From NCBI GenBank assembly GCA_050331615.1, contig JBHJGR010000160.1, positions 6,482-70,481 of the forward strand: DNA of 64,000 nucleotides, read 5' to 3'. This document shows, piece by piece, positions 39,653 through 50,207 of this stretch. The number at the start of each line of letters is the position of its first letter. The stretch's first letter is position 1. This stretch comes from Elainellaceae cyanobacterium. GTDB lineage: Bacteria > Cyanobacteriota > Cyanobacteriia > CAKZMO01. The position numbers and the translations under genes are program-made. The notes under the pieces are model-generated. The model was not told where the DNA came from and made no database searches. It was given only the letters and a program-made list of their open reading frames with translations.

Positions 39653-40914
39653 GGCGTTGGAGGGGGGGAATGGAACTCGGGAGATGATGGAACCTGGGTG
39701 ACGATGACGTCAACGGTGCCCTGGGCGAGCTGCACCTGAAGCGGCTGCCCAGGGGATAGCTGGTCTACCGATCGAGCGACGCGGCCATCCGCGCTTCTTA
39801 CGACCGCGTAGCCGCGCTGGAGGACCACTGCCGGATCCAGGGATAGCAGGGTTTGCCGCAAAAGCTGGCACTGGTGCTCGGCTTGCTGCAGCCGCTGGGC
39901 GGCTGCCTGGATCAGCCGCTGATACCGCCATGCCTGGGCATCTGCCTCGTGCTGAAGCTGCTGATTAATCTGCAGCCGCCGGAGGCGCTCCCGGAGGCGA
40001 TGGAGCTGGTCGTCCTTGGACCGCACGTGGAGGTTTAGCGACTGTTGGAGGGCACTGAAGCGCTCCTGGTGCTCATTCCAAAGGAGGTCGAGGCTGGGCA
40101 CGGCCTGCTCTGCCGCCGCTGTTGGCGTATGGACACAGACATCGGCAGCCAGGTCTGCCAGGGATTCATCCCGCTGATGGCCGATGCCTGACACGATGGG
40201 AATGGGACACAGAACGATCGCCCGTACCACCTGCTCATTGTTGAAACAGTCCATATCCTCGGTTGCGCCGCCGCCGCGGGAGAGGACGAGAACGTCGGCT
40301 CGCCCATCCTGCTCGACCCGCTGAATCGCCCGCACGATGGAGGCCGGAGCCTGATCACCCTGTACCAGCGCTGGAGAAAATAACACCCGCAGGCCCGGAT
40401 ATCGCCGCCTCAGGGTACGCTGAATATCGCCCCAGGCGGCGGCTTGGGGCGAGGTCACTACGGCGATCGTTGAGGGATAGGTGGGGAGCGATCGCTTCCT
40501 GGCCGGATCAAATAAACCTTCTGCATCCAGCCGCTGTCGCAGTTGCCGATAGCGCAGCGCCCGCAGGCCCTCCCCAGCCGGTAGCGATTGCCACACGTTG
40601 AGCTGGTAGGCTCCCCGCTTGCGGTGTAGCCGTACTCGCCCCAGAATGATCACCTGTTCTCCGGGCGTAGGCAGAGTCGTAAGCTGATTAATCTGGCTAT
40701 TCCAAACGATACAGCTGATAGCCGCATCGGCATCTGGGTCCTGCAGCGTGAAGAACAAACCGCTACGATAGCGATTGGCGCTAGAGACTTCGCCAACCAC
40801 CCAGATGTGCTGCAGCACGGTGTCCTGCTCCAGGAGATCTTGAATGTAGCTCGTCACCCCCGCTACCGACAGGGGCGTCTCGGGCATCAGCAACGGTGGG
40901 AGGTAGGCAGACAT
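39649..40914 (-). CDS. xseA: Exodeoxyribonuclease VII large subunit
   Basis: OB-fold N-terminus (IWVVGEVSS), catalytic middle domain (VLSRGGGATEDMDCFN), and a coiled-coil C-terminus. Confidence 0.85.
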   Translation of the reverse strand: MSAYLPPLLMPETPLSVAGVTSYIQDLLEQDTVLQHIWVVGEVSSANRYRSGLFFTLQDPDADAAISCIVWNSQINQLTTLPTPGEQVIILGRVRLHRKRGAYQLNVWQSLPAGEGLRALRYRQLRQRLDAEGLFDPARKRSLPTYPSTIAVVTSPQAAAWGDIQRTLRRRYPGLRVLFSPALVQGDQAPASIVRAIQRVEQDGRADVLVLSRGGGATEDMDCFNNEQVVRAIVLCPIPIVSGIGHQRDESLADLAADVCVHTPTAAAEQAVPSLDLLWNEHQERFSALQQSLNLHVRSKDDQLHRLRERLRRLQINQQLQHEADAQAWRYQRLIQAAAQRLQQAEHQCQLLRQTLLSLDPAVVLQRGYAVVRSADGRVARSVDQLSPGQPLQVQLAQGTVDVIVTQVPSSPEFHSPPPTP

Positions 40915-41393
40915 GAGGGCATAGATTAAGGCAAGTGGATCCAGACGGACGATAAGCAGGTCGCGAGATATTTCTATGATGCAATCTTAAAATAAATTTA
41001 GTACGTTTGTATGGATTTTGTCACGAAAATCGGTACAATAGTTAGAGTGAGAATCCGTAGGAGTATGTCGGAAGACGCAGAAATGCTCGCGCAGAAATGC
41101 TCGCGGTTGCTCCAACGTCAATCTCTAGAACGGAACCTCGCTGAGTGCAAAACCTAGGCCAAGCCGCATGAGTTTTATCATTGAGTCTTATCATATCGAC
41201 TCCGGATTGATTCCGGTATTTAGACTGTTCCAGCCGCTCATGCCCGCGTACTGCTCACCGGCATTTGATCTAGTGGTCTAGTGGCCTACGGGCACTTAAG
41301 TTCACTCATGCACCATTCGCTCGTACCCAGCTCGCTCGCCCGCAATTCGCTCACACTTACTGTGTGACTGTTTATACTCTTCCCGAGGCACTC

Positions 41394-42614
41394 ATGGCTA
41401 AAGCATCTAACGAAAATTCTGAGAAGCAAAAAGCGCTAGATTTAGTTCTAACCCAAATTGATCGTAATTTCGGCAAGGGGACCATTATGCGCCTGGGAGA
41501 TGCCGGGCGCATGAAGGTAGAAACCATTCCTACGGGGGCGCTTACCCTCGACCTCGCTCTGGGTGGAGGTCTGCCCCGGGGGCGCGTCATTGAAATCTAC
41601 GGCCCTGAGAGTTCTGGAAAAACGACGGTGGCGCTCCACGCGATCGCCGAAGTTCAGAAAACGGGGGGCATTGCGGCCTTTGTCGATGCCGAACATGCCC
41701 TTGATCCCGTCTATGCTGCCAACCTGGGGGTCGATATCGAGAATCTGCTGGTCTCCCAGCCCGATACTGGAGAAGCCGCTCTGGAAATTGTCGATCAGCT
41801 CATCCGCTCAAACGCGATTGACCTAGTCGTCATTGACTCCGTGGCAGCCCTAGTACCCCGTGCGGAAATTGAAGGAGAAATGGGCGATGCCCACGTCGGT
41901 CTCCAGGCGCGGCTCATGAGTCAGGCGCTCCGGAAGATTACGGGCAGCATTGGCAAGACGGGCTGTAGCGTTGTCTTCCTCAACCAGCTCCGCCAAAAAA
42001 TCGGCATTTCCTACGGTAACCCCGAAACCACCACCGGGGGTAATGCGCTCAAGTTCTACGCCTCGGTGCGTTTAGATATTCGCCGCATTCAAACTCTGAA
42101 AAAAGGTACGGAAGAATACGGTATTCGGGCCAAGGTCAAAGTCGCCAAGAACAAAGTGGCTCCACCGTTTCGCATCGGCGAATTTGACGTGATCTTCGGT
42201 AAGGGCATCTCCTCAATGGGCTGCATTATGGATTTAGCCGAAGAAACGGGGATTGTTACTCGCCGAGGAGCCTGGTACAGCTACAACGGCGACAACATTG
42301 CTCAGGGGCGAGACAACGCCGTGAAATATATGGAGGACAATCCAGAGTTTGCCCAGGATGTTGAGCGGCAGGTGAGAGAGAAGCTAGAGCTGGGAGTCCC
42401 CGTATCAGCTACTTCGGTCTTGCCAGTGGACAAAGAAGCTGACGACTCAGATGACTTTTCCGAACCTGCCGCAGAAGTTGAGATGGAGCCTGGGGAGGCG
42501 TCGCCGGAGGTTTCGGAGGAGGTCCCGGAGAGTGCTGCAGCAGATGCGGCTAGTAGCAATGGTACCACCAGCACTCGGGGCAGGCGCTCGTCTCGCCGGA
42601 AATCATCCTCCTAG
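41394..42614 (+). CDS. recA: Recombinase RecA with an extended acidic Ser/Glu-rich C-terminal tail
   Basis: Walker [10 protein letters not shown]; L1/L2 loops. Start at ATG 41394 ([15 protein letters not shown]). About 50 residues longer than usual at the C-terminus. Confidence 0.9.
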   Translation: MAKASNENSEKQKALDLVLTQIDRNFGKGTIMRLGDAGRMKVETIPTGALTLDLALGGGLPRGRVIEIYGPESSGKTTVALHAIAEVQKTGGIAAFVDAEHALDPVYAANLGVDIENLLVSQPDTGEAALEIVDQLIRSNAIDLVVIDSVAALVPRAEIEGEMGDAHVGLQARLMSQALRKITGSIGKTGCSVVFLNQLRQKIGISYGNPETTTGGNALKFYASVRLDIRRIQTLKKGTEEYGIRAKVKVAKNKVAPPFRIGEFDVIFGKGISSMGCIMDLAEETGIVTRRGAWYSYNGDNIAQGRDNAVKYMEDNPEFAQDVERQVREKLELGVPVSATSVLPVDKEADDSDDFSEPAAEVEMEPGEASPEVSEEVPESAAADAASSNGTTSTRGRRSSRRKSSS

Positions 42615-42634
42615 ACCATGTCCGGGCGATCGCC

Positions 42635-43264
42635 TCATCCCGCCGCGTCTCCGAGCACTGACCGTCGTTTCGACAGAATGCTCTTAACGTGCTTTTTAAC
42701 CGTGTTTTCGGTGATGTATAGCGACTCGGCGATTTCCCGATAGGAGCGGCCTCGCAGACGCATCTGCCACACATCCCCTTCGCGGGGGGTCAGGCGATAT
42801 TTGCAGATGTCGGTTTGGACAATGTTCTGAATCGACTGGCTACGCTCCTCGATGGAGATTAGCAGGTGGCGATCGCGCTCTCCGCAGTCCTCCAGCTTAA
42901 TCCACTGGGCGCGGATGCGTAGGGCCTCACCTGTGCTTAAGCTCGCATCGTGTTCCAGGGTGAGCCGCTGCCCTGGATATAGGGTCTCACTTTCAATCAG
43001 GGCCTGGCATACCCGCCAGATCTCGTCAGGAACGTACTTGAGGGCTGCTAACTCTGTAACCGCTTGCTTTTCCTGGGGCTGGGATTGCCGTCGCATCTGG
43101 CGGCAGATTTGGCGGGCGCGGCTGTTGATTTGAAGAATTTCACGTTGCGGTGTGACTACCATTACACCGTCGATCAGGCTTTCGAGAACTGCTTTGAACA
43201 GATTGAAGCGATGGGATTCAGGGTTGGGGGTCTTCATATCCAGCATGCTCAATGAAGTGTTCAC
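42635..43264 (-). CDS. LuxR-family transcriptional regulator with an N-terminal PAS-like domain
   Basis: C-terminal HTH LTPREGDVWQMRLRGRSYREIAESLYITENTVKKHVKSI. Confidence 0.7.
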   Translation of the reverse strand: MNTSLSMLDMKTPNPESHRFNLFKAVLESLIDGVMVVTPQREILQINSRARQICRQMRRQSQPQEKQAVTELAALKYVPDEIWRVCQALIESETLYPGQRLTLEHDASLSTGEALRIRAQWIKLEDCGERDRHLLISIEERSQSIQNIVQTDICKYRLTPREGDVWQMRLRGRSYREIAESLYITENTVKKHVKSILSKRRSVLGDAAG

Positions 43265-43645
43265 TTATTCATAACGTTCGCCAGATTCGAATTATTCTGA
43301 CGAGATAGCGGTTTCCAGTCGCAAGAGGTATCGATTTGGGAGATGGGGGTACACCTCCCGTACTCCACTCGCGTGAGAAACGCTGTATTTATCCAGATTT
43401 CAAGGACTGTTAGTTATGGCTTCACGCATAGGCGGGGGAGTTTACGGAGAAGCTAGGACAGTTTGCAGATTGGTGAAACCCAGATCTGGCGCTCCGTTTC
43501 CCCCAACCGATGTCCCATCAGGCTCATCTAGTCGGGCGATCGCCCCTACGCTAGTCAGGGGAAGTCGGTGGGAAATGTGCCAACTCTCTGATCGACCGTA
43601 ATCAAAAGATTTACTGAGAGAACTGTCCTAAGGTCATGAAGTATC

Positions 43646-43732
43646 GCGTTATGCTTTTGCGTTGGGACGCTCAACCGGTGTGAAACCCCTGCGATGCGGC
43701 GGTTCCACACTCAAACCTTAGTCCGTAAGACA
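43646..43732 (-). repeat. R1 repeat, copy 6 (diverged)
   Basis: GCGTTATGCTTTTGCGTTGGGACGCTCAACCGGTGTGAAACCCCTGCGATGCGGCGGTTCCACACTCAAACCTTAGTCCGTAAGAC. Confidence 0.75.
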
Positions 43733-43736
43733 TAGG

Positions 43737-44195
43737 TTGCAGTTTTTAGTTTGCTGCCTACTCGTCTGTTCCACTGCCCCCGTGGAGGACATCTTCATGA
43801 TTGAATCGCTCGCCGAACTGTCGCTTGAGCAGCTGTTGATTGACCCCGAACACCAGCGACGGGTCGAGCAAATTGCCCGTAAAAATACGCGGGGAACCTC
43901 CGTTGCCTGGGAGGATGCGGCCCAAGCTGCCCATCGGCGTATCAATCGCTACTATGGCCTGGAATCGCCTCTACCAGCGGCGGAGGGCATTCCACGTGCT
44001 CATCTGATCCCCGGCCCGCCCGGAAGCCATTGCGAGCCGCGTGCTGTAGCGTTTCACCAGCGCGAACGGAATTGGAGCGAAACACTTGCCCGACGCGATC
44101 GCCCGGACCTCTGGGCCATTATCAAGGCCCAGTTACGGGTTGAAGATGCGGCTGTCATCGAGCGATATTTTCTGAATGAGGTTCCCGATAGCTAG
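43737..44195 (+). CDS. Hypothetical protein
   Basis: ORF only, with no recognisable motif. True start is possibly the internal MIESLAEL (43797). Confidence 0.3.
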   Translation: MQFLVCCLLVCSTAPVEDIFMIESLAELSLEQLLIDPEHQRRVEQIARKNTRGTSVAWEDAAQAAHRRINRYYGLESPLPAAEGIPRAHLIPGPPGSHCEPRAVAFHQRERNWSETLARRDRPDLWAIIKAQLRVEDAAVIERYFLNEVPDS

Positions 44196-44225
44196 GGGAG
44201 CGATCGTGATAGCCTTTGGGCTCCT

Positions 44226-44933
44226 CTATAACCCCGGCAACCCAAGCTGCTGAGGCATAGACGTGTTAAGCGGCGGACCAGAGGCCAACCGGTGGGCAAA
44301 GCGCGTCGTCTCCGGCAGCCGATATTTAGTCGTGCAGCGCTGCACGTAGTCGAGCGCTGTCGGCAAGCTGATGCGGTGGCCGGGGGAAATGTAGAGGGGA
44401 TTGGTGCGATCGCGATTACGCAGTACCGCGCCGATCGTCTGCTCCTGGTGAACGAGCGGCTGCTGCGCCCCCTTCTCCGGCGCAAGTTCAGCATGGTTAC
44501 CGATGAGTCTGGACTTGGCTACGCCGATGGCTGGCAGATCAGTGAGCCAGCCAACGTGACAAGCGATCCCAAACCGACGGGGATGGGCTGTGCCCTGACC
44601 ATCACACAGCAGGAGGTCTGGGACCGTAGTGAGCTGGGCGAGGGCGTCGAGCACGGCGGGAACTTCTCGAAACGAGAGCAGGCCGGGAATGTAGGGAAAG
44701 CGGGTGGGCTGGCGGGCGATCGCCTGCTCGACTAGCTTTAGCTCGGGAAAGCTGAGTACCGCTACTGCGGCTCGGGTCGTGTTGCCGTCGTCTTCAAACC
44801 CGACATCAATACCGGCGACGTGGGCGACTTCTCCAATTGCGTCCGTCAGCACGATTTCGCCCTTGAGCTGATGCTGCAGGGCGATCGCCTCGGCGGCGGT
44901 ATCGGGCCATGGATGGGTCCGGGCAATTTTCAT
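44226..44933 (-). CDS. nfi: Endonuclease V (deoxyinosine 3' endonuclease)
   Basis: AGIDVGFEDDG...LLCDGQGTAHPRRFGIACHVG...AIGVAKS, characteristic of the Nfi family. Confidence 0.8.
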   Translation of the reverse strand: MKIARTHPWPDTAAEAIALQHQLKGEIVLTDAIGEVAHVAGIDVGFEDDGNTTRAAVAVLSFPELKLVEQAIARQPTRFPYIPGLLSFREVPAVLDALAQLTTVPDLLLCDGQGTAHPRRFGIACHVGWLTDLPAIGVAKSRLIGNHAELAPEKGAQQPLVHQEQTIGAVLRNRDRTNPLYISPGHRISLPTALDYVQRCTTKYRLPETTRFAHRLASGPPLNTSMPQQLGLPGL

Positions 44934-45059
44934 CTAGCGCTCTTGATTCCCTCTTAGTGGCGATTTACTCCGACAGTGAAGACGCTAAACTTTCTTATAC
45001 GGTATTTCTTTACAAAAAGTAACATAAAGCGAAAGTCAACATAGAGAGCAACGGTTTTA

Positions 45060-46289
45060 ATGTCTTCTTACATTCTAGGTCTGCTCCTGATTGGGTTGCT
45101 TCTGCTCGCCGTCACTTGGGGCTCAAGATGGATTACTCGGCTCCCCCTGTCCTATGCCGTCATTTACCTGATCATCGGCGTGATTTTAGGGCCTTATGGA
45201 ATTGACCTACTCCGGGTGCAGCCTGAAATTCAGTTCCTGGAACGATTCACTGAGTTTGTGGTGATTATCTCGCTATATAGCTGTGGTCTTAAAATCAACC
45301 GTCCCCTCAAAGCTTCTCTATGGGCGTCTCCCATACGGCTAATTGGCCTGCTGATGCCCCTGTCCATTCTAGGTTTGGGAGCCGTCGGGCACTGGCTGCT
45401 GGGGTTGCCATGGGGAGCCTCTTTCCTGCTAGGAGCGGTGCTGGCCCCCACGGACCCGGTGCTGGCATCGGAAGTGCAGTTAGACCATCCGGATGATCCA
45501 AACGAGCTGCGGTTTGGCCTCACCTCTGAAGGAGGGCTCAATGATGGGCTAGCCTTCCCTTTTGTTTATTTTGGATTGCACTGGATTGAAGATCCTAACT
45601 GGCAGAACTGGTTTCGCCAGTGGGTGTTGGTGGATGTAATTTGGGCGATCGCCGCTGCTGTCATCGCTGGCATCGTCATCGCCAAGGTAGCCATTCGGAT
45701 CAACCACCAGTTTCAATCGACGAAGGGAGTCAATGAGGTAATGGAAGACCTGATTGCTATCGGCATCGTTCTAGTCACCTATGCCCTGACTGAGCTGATC
45801 AACGGCTATGGATTTTTAGCGGTATTTGTTACTGGGCTGGCTTTGCAAAGGCAGGGGTGCTATCCCGAACAGCGGCAGTCGCAGCTTCACTTCATGCTGC
45901 AGATTGAGAAGTTGCTGGAGGTGGGGGCAATCCTACTGCTGGGCTCTCTGCTGCGGGTTGAGCAAATGCTCGATTTTATTCCCCAAACGCTGGTTGTCGC
46001 TGGGCTATTGTTTTTTCTAATTCGGCCCGCTAGCGCCTGGATTAGTACCCTGGGCGACCCCCTCCACCCGACGACGCGACTCTTATTTGGCTGGTTTGGC
46101 ATTCGCGGCATCGGTTCAATTTACTACCTGTCCTACGCAGTTAGCGACGGCATACCTGCCGATGTCATGGCCGAATTGCGCTGGATTACCTACCTGACGG
46201 TGCTCCTCTCCATTCTGCTACATGGCATTAGCGCTACGCCTCTGATGGCCTGGCACGAGCGCTACATTGGCGATAGCCGCCTGTCATGA
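45060..46289 (+). CDS. Na+/H+ antiporter, CPA1 (NhaP) family
   Basis: 10-12 TM helices, with GAVLAPTDPV and EGGLNDGLAFPF motifs typical of NhaP/CPA1. Confidence 0.7.
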   Translation: MSSYILGLLLIGLLLLAVTWGSRWITRLPLSYAVIYLIIGVILGPYGIDLLRVQPEIQFLERFTEFVVIISLYSCGLKINRPLKASLWASPIRLIGLLMPLSILGLGAVGHWLLGLPWGASFLLGAVLAPTDPVLASEVQLDHPDDPNELRFGLTSEGGLNDGLAFPFVYFGLHWIEDPNWQNWFRQWVLVDVIWAIAAAVIAGIVIAKVAIRINHQFQSTKGVNEVMEDLIAIGIVLVTYALTELINGYGFLAVFVTGLALQRQGCYPEQRQSQLHFMLQIEKLLEVGAILLLGSLLRVEQMLDFIPQTLVVAGLLFFLIRPASAWISTLGDPLHPTTRLLFGWFGIRGIGSIYYLSYAVSDGIPADVMAELRWITYLTVLLSILLHGISATPLMAWHERYIGDSRLS

Positions 46290-46474
46290 TTAGAGCGAGT
46301 CCCAATCGCGTAGCGTGCGGACCTGGAAGGTGGTGGCGCGGCACACCACCATTTCTCGTGGAAAATGCCACAACTCTTGATGAAGAAGCGCCGGGGGAAG
46401 CGTCCTCGACGCATATCTCAGAAGCTAAAAATTTAGGGGTAAGTCCCGCAGGGACTTACCCCCAAGCTTTAAGC

Positions 46475-47863
46475 CTAACGACCGATCCCTACGTACTGGA
46501 AGCCGATTGCTTGCAGCGCCTCCCGATCGAGGAAGTTCCGGCCATCAATGATCATCGGCGAGTTCATCGTCTCCGCCATGCGCGCATAGTTCAGAGATTT
46601 GAACTGTTCCCAGTCCGTCACCAGCACCAGCGCATCACAGCCTACCGCCATCAGTTCTGGATTGGTCTCTACAGCCACGTTAGACAGCCCGTGGCGCATA
46701 CCGGTTTGAGACACGATGGGGTCGTACGCCTTGACTTTTGCTCCCAGACGAGCGAGCTGCTCAATCAGGTCGAGGGAGGGAGCATCGCGCATATCGTCGG
46801 TGTTGGGCTTAAAAGTCAGACCCAGCAAACCAACGGTTTTCCCCTTCAGGATCTTCAGCACCTGCTGCAGCTTCTCGACCGTGATCAGCCGCTGCCGCTT
46901 GTTCACCTCAACGGCTGCCTTGAGAATTTGGCTGTCGTAGCCGTAGTCATCAGCGGTGTGAATGAGGGCGGAAACGTCTTTCGGGAAGCAGGAGCCGCCC
47001 CAGCCGATGCCCGCCTGCAGAAACTTGCTGCCAATGCGGGAGTCAAGACCGATGCCCTGGGCGACCTGGGTGACATCAGCACCGACGCGATCGCAGATAT
47101 TGGCGATCTCGTTGATGAAGCTGATCTTAGTCGCCAGGAACGAGTTGGAGGCGTACTTCACCATCTCTGCCGAGCTGAGGTCGGTCACGACCACAGGAAC
47201 CGTAGGCAGGGACTTGTCATCGGAGAATTCGCGGGACACGATGGGAGCGTAGAGTTCCTGCATCATGGCGATCGCCCGGGAGCTGTTGCTGCCTAGCACG
47301 ATGCGGTCGGGGTTAAACGTGTCGTAGACCGCCGAACCTTCCCGCAGGAATTCGGGGTTGCTCACAACGTCGAAGTCCACCTCGCTTTCGGGGTTGGTGA
47401 CTACGTTGCTGCCACCAGCGGGCACCAGCTCTTTCTGGCGCTCGGTGACACCGTCCAGCACGATCATGCGCACCCAGTCACCCGACCCGATGGGCACCGT
47501 TGACTTGTTGACAATAACTTTGTAACCGCCGTTGAGGTGCGCCCCGATTCCCTTAGCGACTGCCTCCACGTAGCGGGTATCGCTCTCGCCCGTCGGCAGG
47601 GGCGGTGTGCCTACGGCGATGAAGAGGATCTCACCGTGCTTAACGCCAGCCTCCAAGTCGGACGAAAACTGAATCCGCCCGGCCTGAATAACGCCCTTCA
47701 TCAAATCGGACAGCCCCGGCTCGAAAATAGGCGATTGCCCCGACTGCATCAGCTTGACTTTCTCTTCGTTGTTGTCAACGCAGATAACGTCATGTCCGAT
47801 GTGAGCCAGGCAAACCCCGGTTACAAGGCCAACATATCCGGTACCGATAACACAAACGCGCAT
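46475..47863 (-). CDS. ugd: UDP-glucose 6-dehydrogenase
   Basis: MRVCVIGTGYVGLVTG NAD-binding motif and catalytic region GGSCFPKD. Confidence 0.85.
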   Translation of the reverse strand: MRVCVIGTGYVGLVTGVCLAHIGHDVICVDNNEEKVKLMQSGQSPIFEPGLSDLMKGVIQAGRIQFSSDLEAGVKHGEILFIAVGTPPLPTGESDTRYVEAVAKGIGAHLNGGYKVIVNKSTVPIGSGDWVRMIVLDGVTERQKELVPAGGSNVVTNPESEVDFDVVSNPEFLREGSAVYDTFNPDRIVLGSNSSRAIAMMQELYAPIVSREFSDDKSLPTVPVVVTDLSSAEMVKYASNSFLATKISFINEIANICDRVGADVTQVAQGIGLDSRIGSKFLQAGIGWGGSCFPKDVSALIHTADDYGYDSQILKAAVEVNKRQRLITVEKLQQVLKILKGKTVGLLGLTFKPNTDDMRDAPSLDLIEQLARLGAKVKAYDPIVSQTGMRHGLSNVAVETNPELMAVGCDALVLVTDWEQFKSLNYARMAETMNSPMIIDGRNFLDREALQAIGFQYVGIGR

Positions 47864-47976
47864 AGGTTGCTCCTAATAATAAGTGTGTTCTGAATAGGTG
47901 TTCCGTGGGCATGCGAAGCCCATTGAAGGATTTGGGATAGAACCTCTAACCCGACTTGGGGGCAGAGGTCCGGTCG

Positions 47977-48951
47977 CTAGAGAGTGGATGATGGACTGAG
48001 ATCGGGAATAGATGCCCCATTGCGATCGCCAATCCGACTGCGGAAATCGTCAATCGTCAGCTTCAAGCCGTCCATCAGGGGAATGGTTGGTTCCCAGCCA
48101 AGATGGGTTTTCGCCCGAGTAATGTCCGGCTTGCGTCGCCGGGGATCATCCTGGGGAAGCGGCTCATATTTGATAGGAGCATCCGGGTTCACCAAGCTTT
48201 GCACGGCTTGTGCCAGCTCCAGAATGGTATATTCCCCGGGATTCCCCAGATTGACCGGGCCGATGAAGTTCCCGTTCATCAATCGGATCAGCCCCTCCAC
48301 CAAGTCGGAAACATAGCAGAAGCTGCGGGTCTGGGAACCGTCTCCGTAAACCGTGAGGGATTCTCCCCGCAGAGCCTGCCCGACGAAGTTGCTCACTACC
48401 CGGCCATCGTTCTCCAACATGCGAGGACCATAGGTATTAAAAATACGCGCCACGCGAATATCCACATCGCTCTGCCGATGGTAGTCAAACGCCAGCGTTT
48501 CAGCTACGCGCTTGCCCTCGTCATAGCAACTGCGGATACCAATGGGGTTGACGTTGCCACGGTAGTCTTCGGCCTGGGGGTGCACCTCGGGATCGCCGTA
48601 AACTTCCGACGTTGACGCCAGCAAAAATCGAGCTTTCACCCGCTTTGCCAGACCCAGCATGTACAGCGTTCCCATCACGTTGGTCTTGATGGTTTTAACG
48701 GGGTTGTACTGATAGTGAATGGGCGACGCTGGACAGGCCAGGTGATAAATTTGATCAACTTCTAGCCGAATTGGTTCCGTAATATCGTGGCGGACGAGCT
48801 CAAAGTAAGGATGACTCATCCATCTCAGGATATTCCGCTTGTGTCCGGTATAGAAGTTATCTAGGCAGATGACTTCATGACCCGCTTCCATTAATCGATC
48901 AACGAGATGCGAGCCAATGAAGCCAGCTCCCCCAGTGACTAAAATTTTCAT
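47977..48951 (-). CDS. UDP-glucuronate decarboxylase (UDP-xylose synthase, UXS family)
   Basis: [35 protein letters not shown] is typical of UXS. Start at ATG 48951. Confidence 0.8.
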   Translation of the reverse strand: MKILVTGGAGFIGSHLVDRLMEAGHEVICLDNFYTGHKRNILRWMSHPYFELVRHDITEPIRLEVDQIYHLACPASPIHYQYNPVKTIKTNVMGTLYMLGLAKRVKARFLLASTSEVYGDPEVHPQAEDYRGNVNPIGIRSCYDEGKRVAETLAFDYHRQSDVDIRVARIFNTYGPRMLENDGRVVSNFVGQALRGESLTVYGDGSQTRSFCYVSDLVEGLIRLMNGNFIGPVNLGNPGEYTILELAQAVQSLVNPDAPIKYEPLPQDDPRRRKPDITRAKTHLGWEPTIPLMDGLKLTIDDFRSRIGDRNGASIPDLSPSSTL

Positions 48952-49433
48952 AGTATGATTTTGCCTAGATTGTATCAATGGTTATGGGTGATAGTCTCTA
49001 AATTAGGGCTGATCGGGCACCTGGAGTAATCCCGACAGCATCTAGACCCAGGAAAAGTGAGACAGGGAACTGCTCCTAAGAGGGTTTCACTAGAGATTAT
49101 CAAAGGAAATGCCGAGAAGAGATGTTGCTTGCCTCAGGATTCACGGAGTCTTCAAAAGATTACCCGAAAAATCCGCGGGATTTTCGTAAACAATTTTGCG
49201 GCTTCGCAAAATAATTTGTAGATTCTCCAGAGTGACTGGATTTCTACAAAAACCCTAGCGGTGATTTTAGAGGAATTTTATCGACTCACTAGCACTAGAG
49301 CCTCACTCCATCGACCCTTCCCGATAGTCCTGATCTCGAATTCTGAGGCTATTATGCCCAAAGACGTAGAAAGAGTATCGCCCCGCTGGTGACGGCGATC
49401 GCGACGCCTCCTGATAAAATATAAAGAGAATAT

Positions 49434-49470
49434 TGACTTTCCCCCATAGAGGAGAGTTTAGGATACTGAG
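49434..49470 (+). promoter_or_regulatory. Candidate sigma70-type promoter for petE
   Basis: TTGACT at 49434, with a TAGGAT-like -10 hexamer about 19 nt downstream. Weak, by inspection only. Confidence 0.2.
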
Positions 49471-49526
49471 TCGGTGGACGATAGACAGCACCAATTCTGG
49501 TATGGCGATCAAGTATGGAGAAAGTA

Positions 49527-49934
49527 ATGAAATCTAAAGTTTCAGTACCTCAAAGGCTAGGGATTCTACTGTCGGCAATCTTTGTCGTTATCTCAAGCTT
49601 CCTGGTTTCCGCATCCCCTGCTCTGGCAGATACCTACGAGGTAAAGATGGGTGCCGATAACGGCCTGCTGAAGTTTGTTCCTGACCAAGTCACCGTTCAG
49701 CCTGGCGATACGGTCAAGTTTGTGATGAATAAGCTCGGCCCCCACAACGTCGTCTTCGACAAGACGCCGGGCGGTCCAGCCTTGGCTAAGGCCCTCTCGG
49801 CTGAGAAGCTACTGTTTGCACCGGGTGAATCGACTTCCGTGGTCATCCCCGGAGATGCTCCTACGGGAACCTACAGCTACTACTGCACGCCTCACCGTGG
49901 GGCTGGCATGGTTGGTGCAATCACGGTTGAATAG
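49527..49934 (+). CDS. petE: Plastocyanin
   Basis: Copper ligands in HNVVFD and [13 protein letters not shown]; signal peptide. Start chosen at ATG 49527, which follows GGAGAAAGTA; there is an alternative start at 49515. Confidence 0.9.
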   Translation: MKSKVSVPQRLGILLSAIFVVISSFLVSASPALADTYEVKMGADNGLLKFVPDQVTVQPGDTVKFVMNKLGPHNVVFDKTPGGPALAKALSAEKLLFAPGESTSVVIPGDAPTGTYSYYCTPHRGAGMVGAITVE

Positions 49935-50030
49935 ATTTCTCGCTGGTCTGATGACCAAGCGCTTTTGTTTCATCCCGTTTGAGTTCAGCCATTGTGAGTT
50001 TTGAACCCTGAGTTTTGAACTCTGCGAATA

Positions 50031-50062
50031 GCCTGGGGCGCAAGTGTGCCCCAGGCTTTTGA
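50031..50062 (+). terminator. Rho-independent terminator downstream of petE
   Basis: 9-bp stem GCCTGGGGC/GCCCCAGGC with an 8-nt loop, followed by TTTTG. Confidence 0.55.
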
Positions 50063-50207
50063 CTAGACACTTCCATTGCACGAGGGAAGTTAGGGAGCTG
50101 CTCGAAAATAAGCTCCCCGATGCGGTACGGCTAGCGCTTAGGGCGATCGCGTCAAACTTTTGACTGGTGGGCAATGCCCTTAGCGTCGCTAATTTGTGGC
50201 TGTTTAC

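Noticed and set aside
46286-47296. 336-aa ORF on the plus strand
   Set aside because: It is antisense to the well-supported ugd gene. Its composition (Gly/Ala/Val/Arg-rich) is typical of GC-rich antisense frames.
49303-49512. 69-aa ORF immediately upstream of petE on the opposite strand
   Set aside because: It lies in an AT-rich promoter region, has no start context or motif, and probably reflects the petE promoter rather than a gene.
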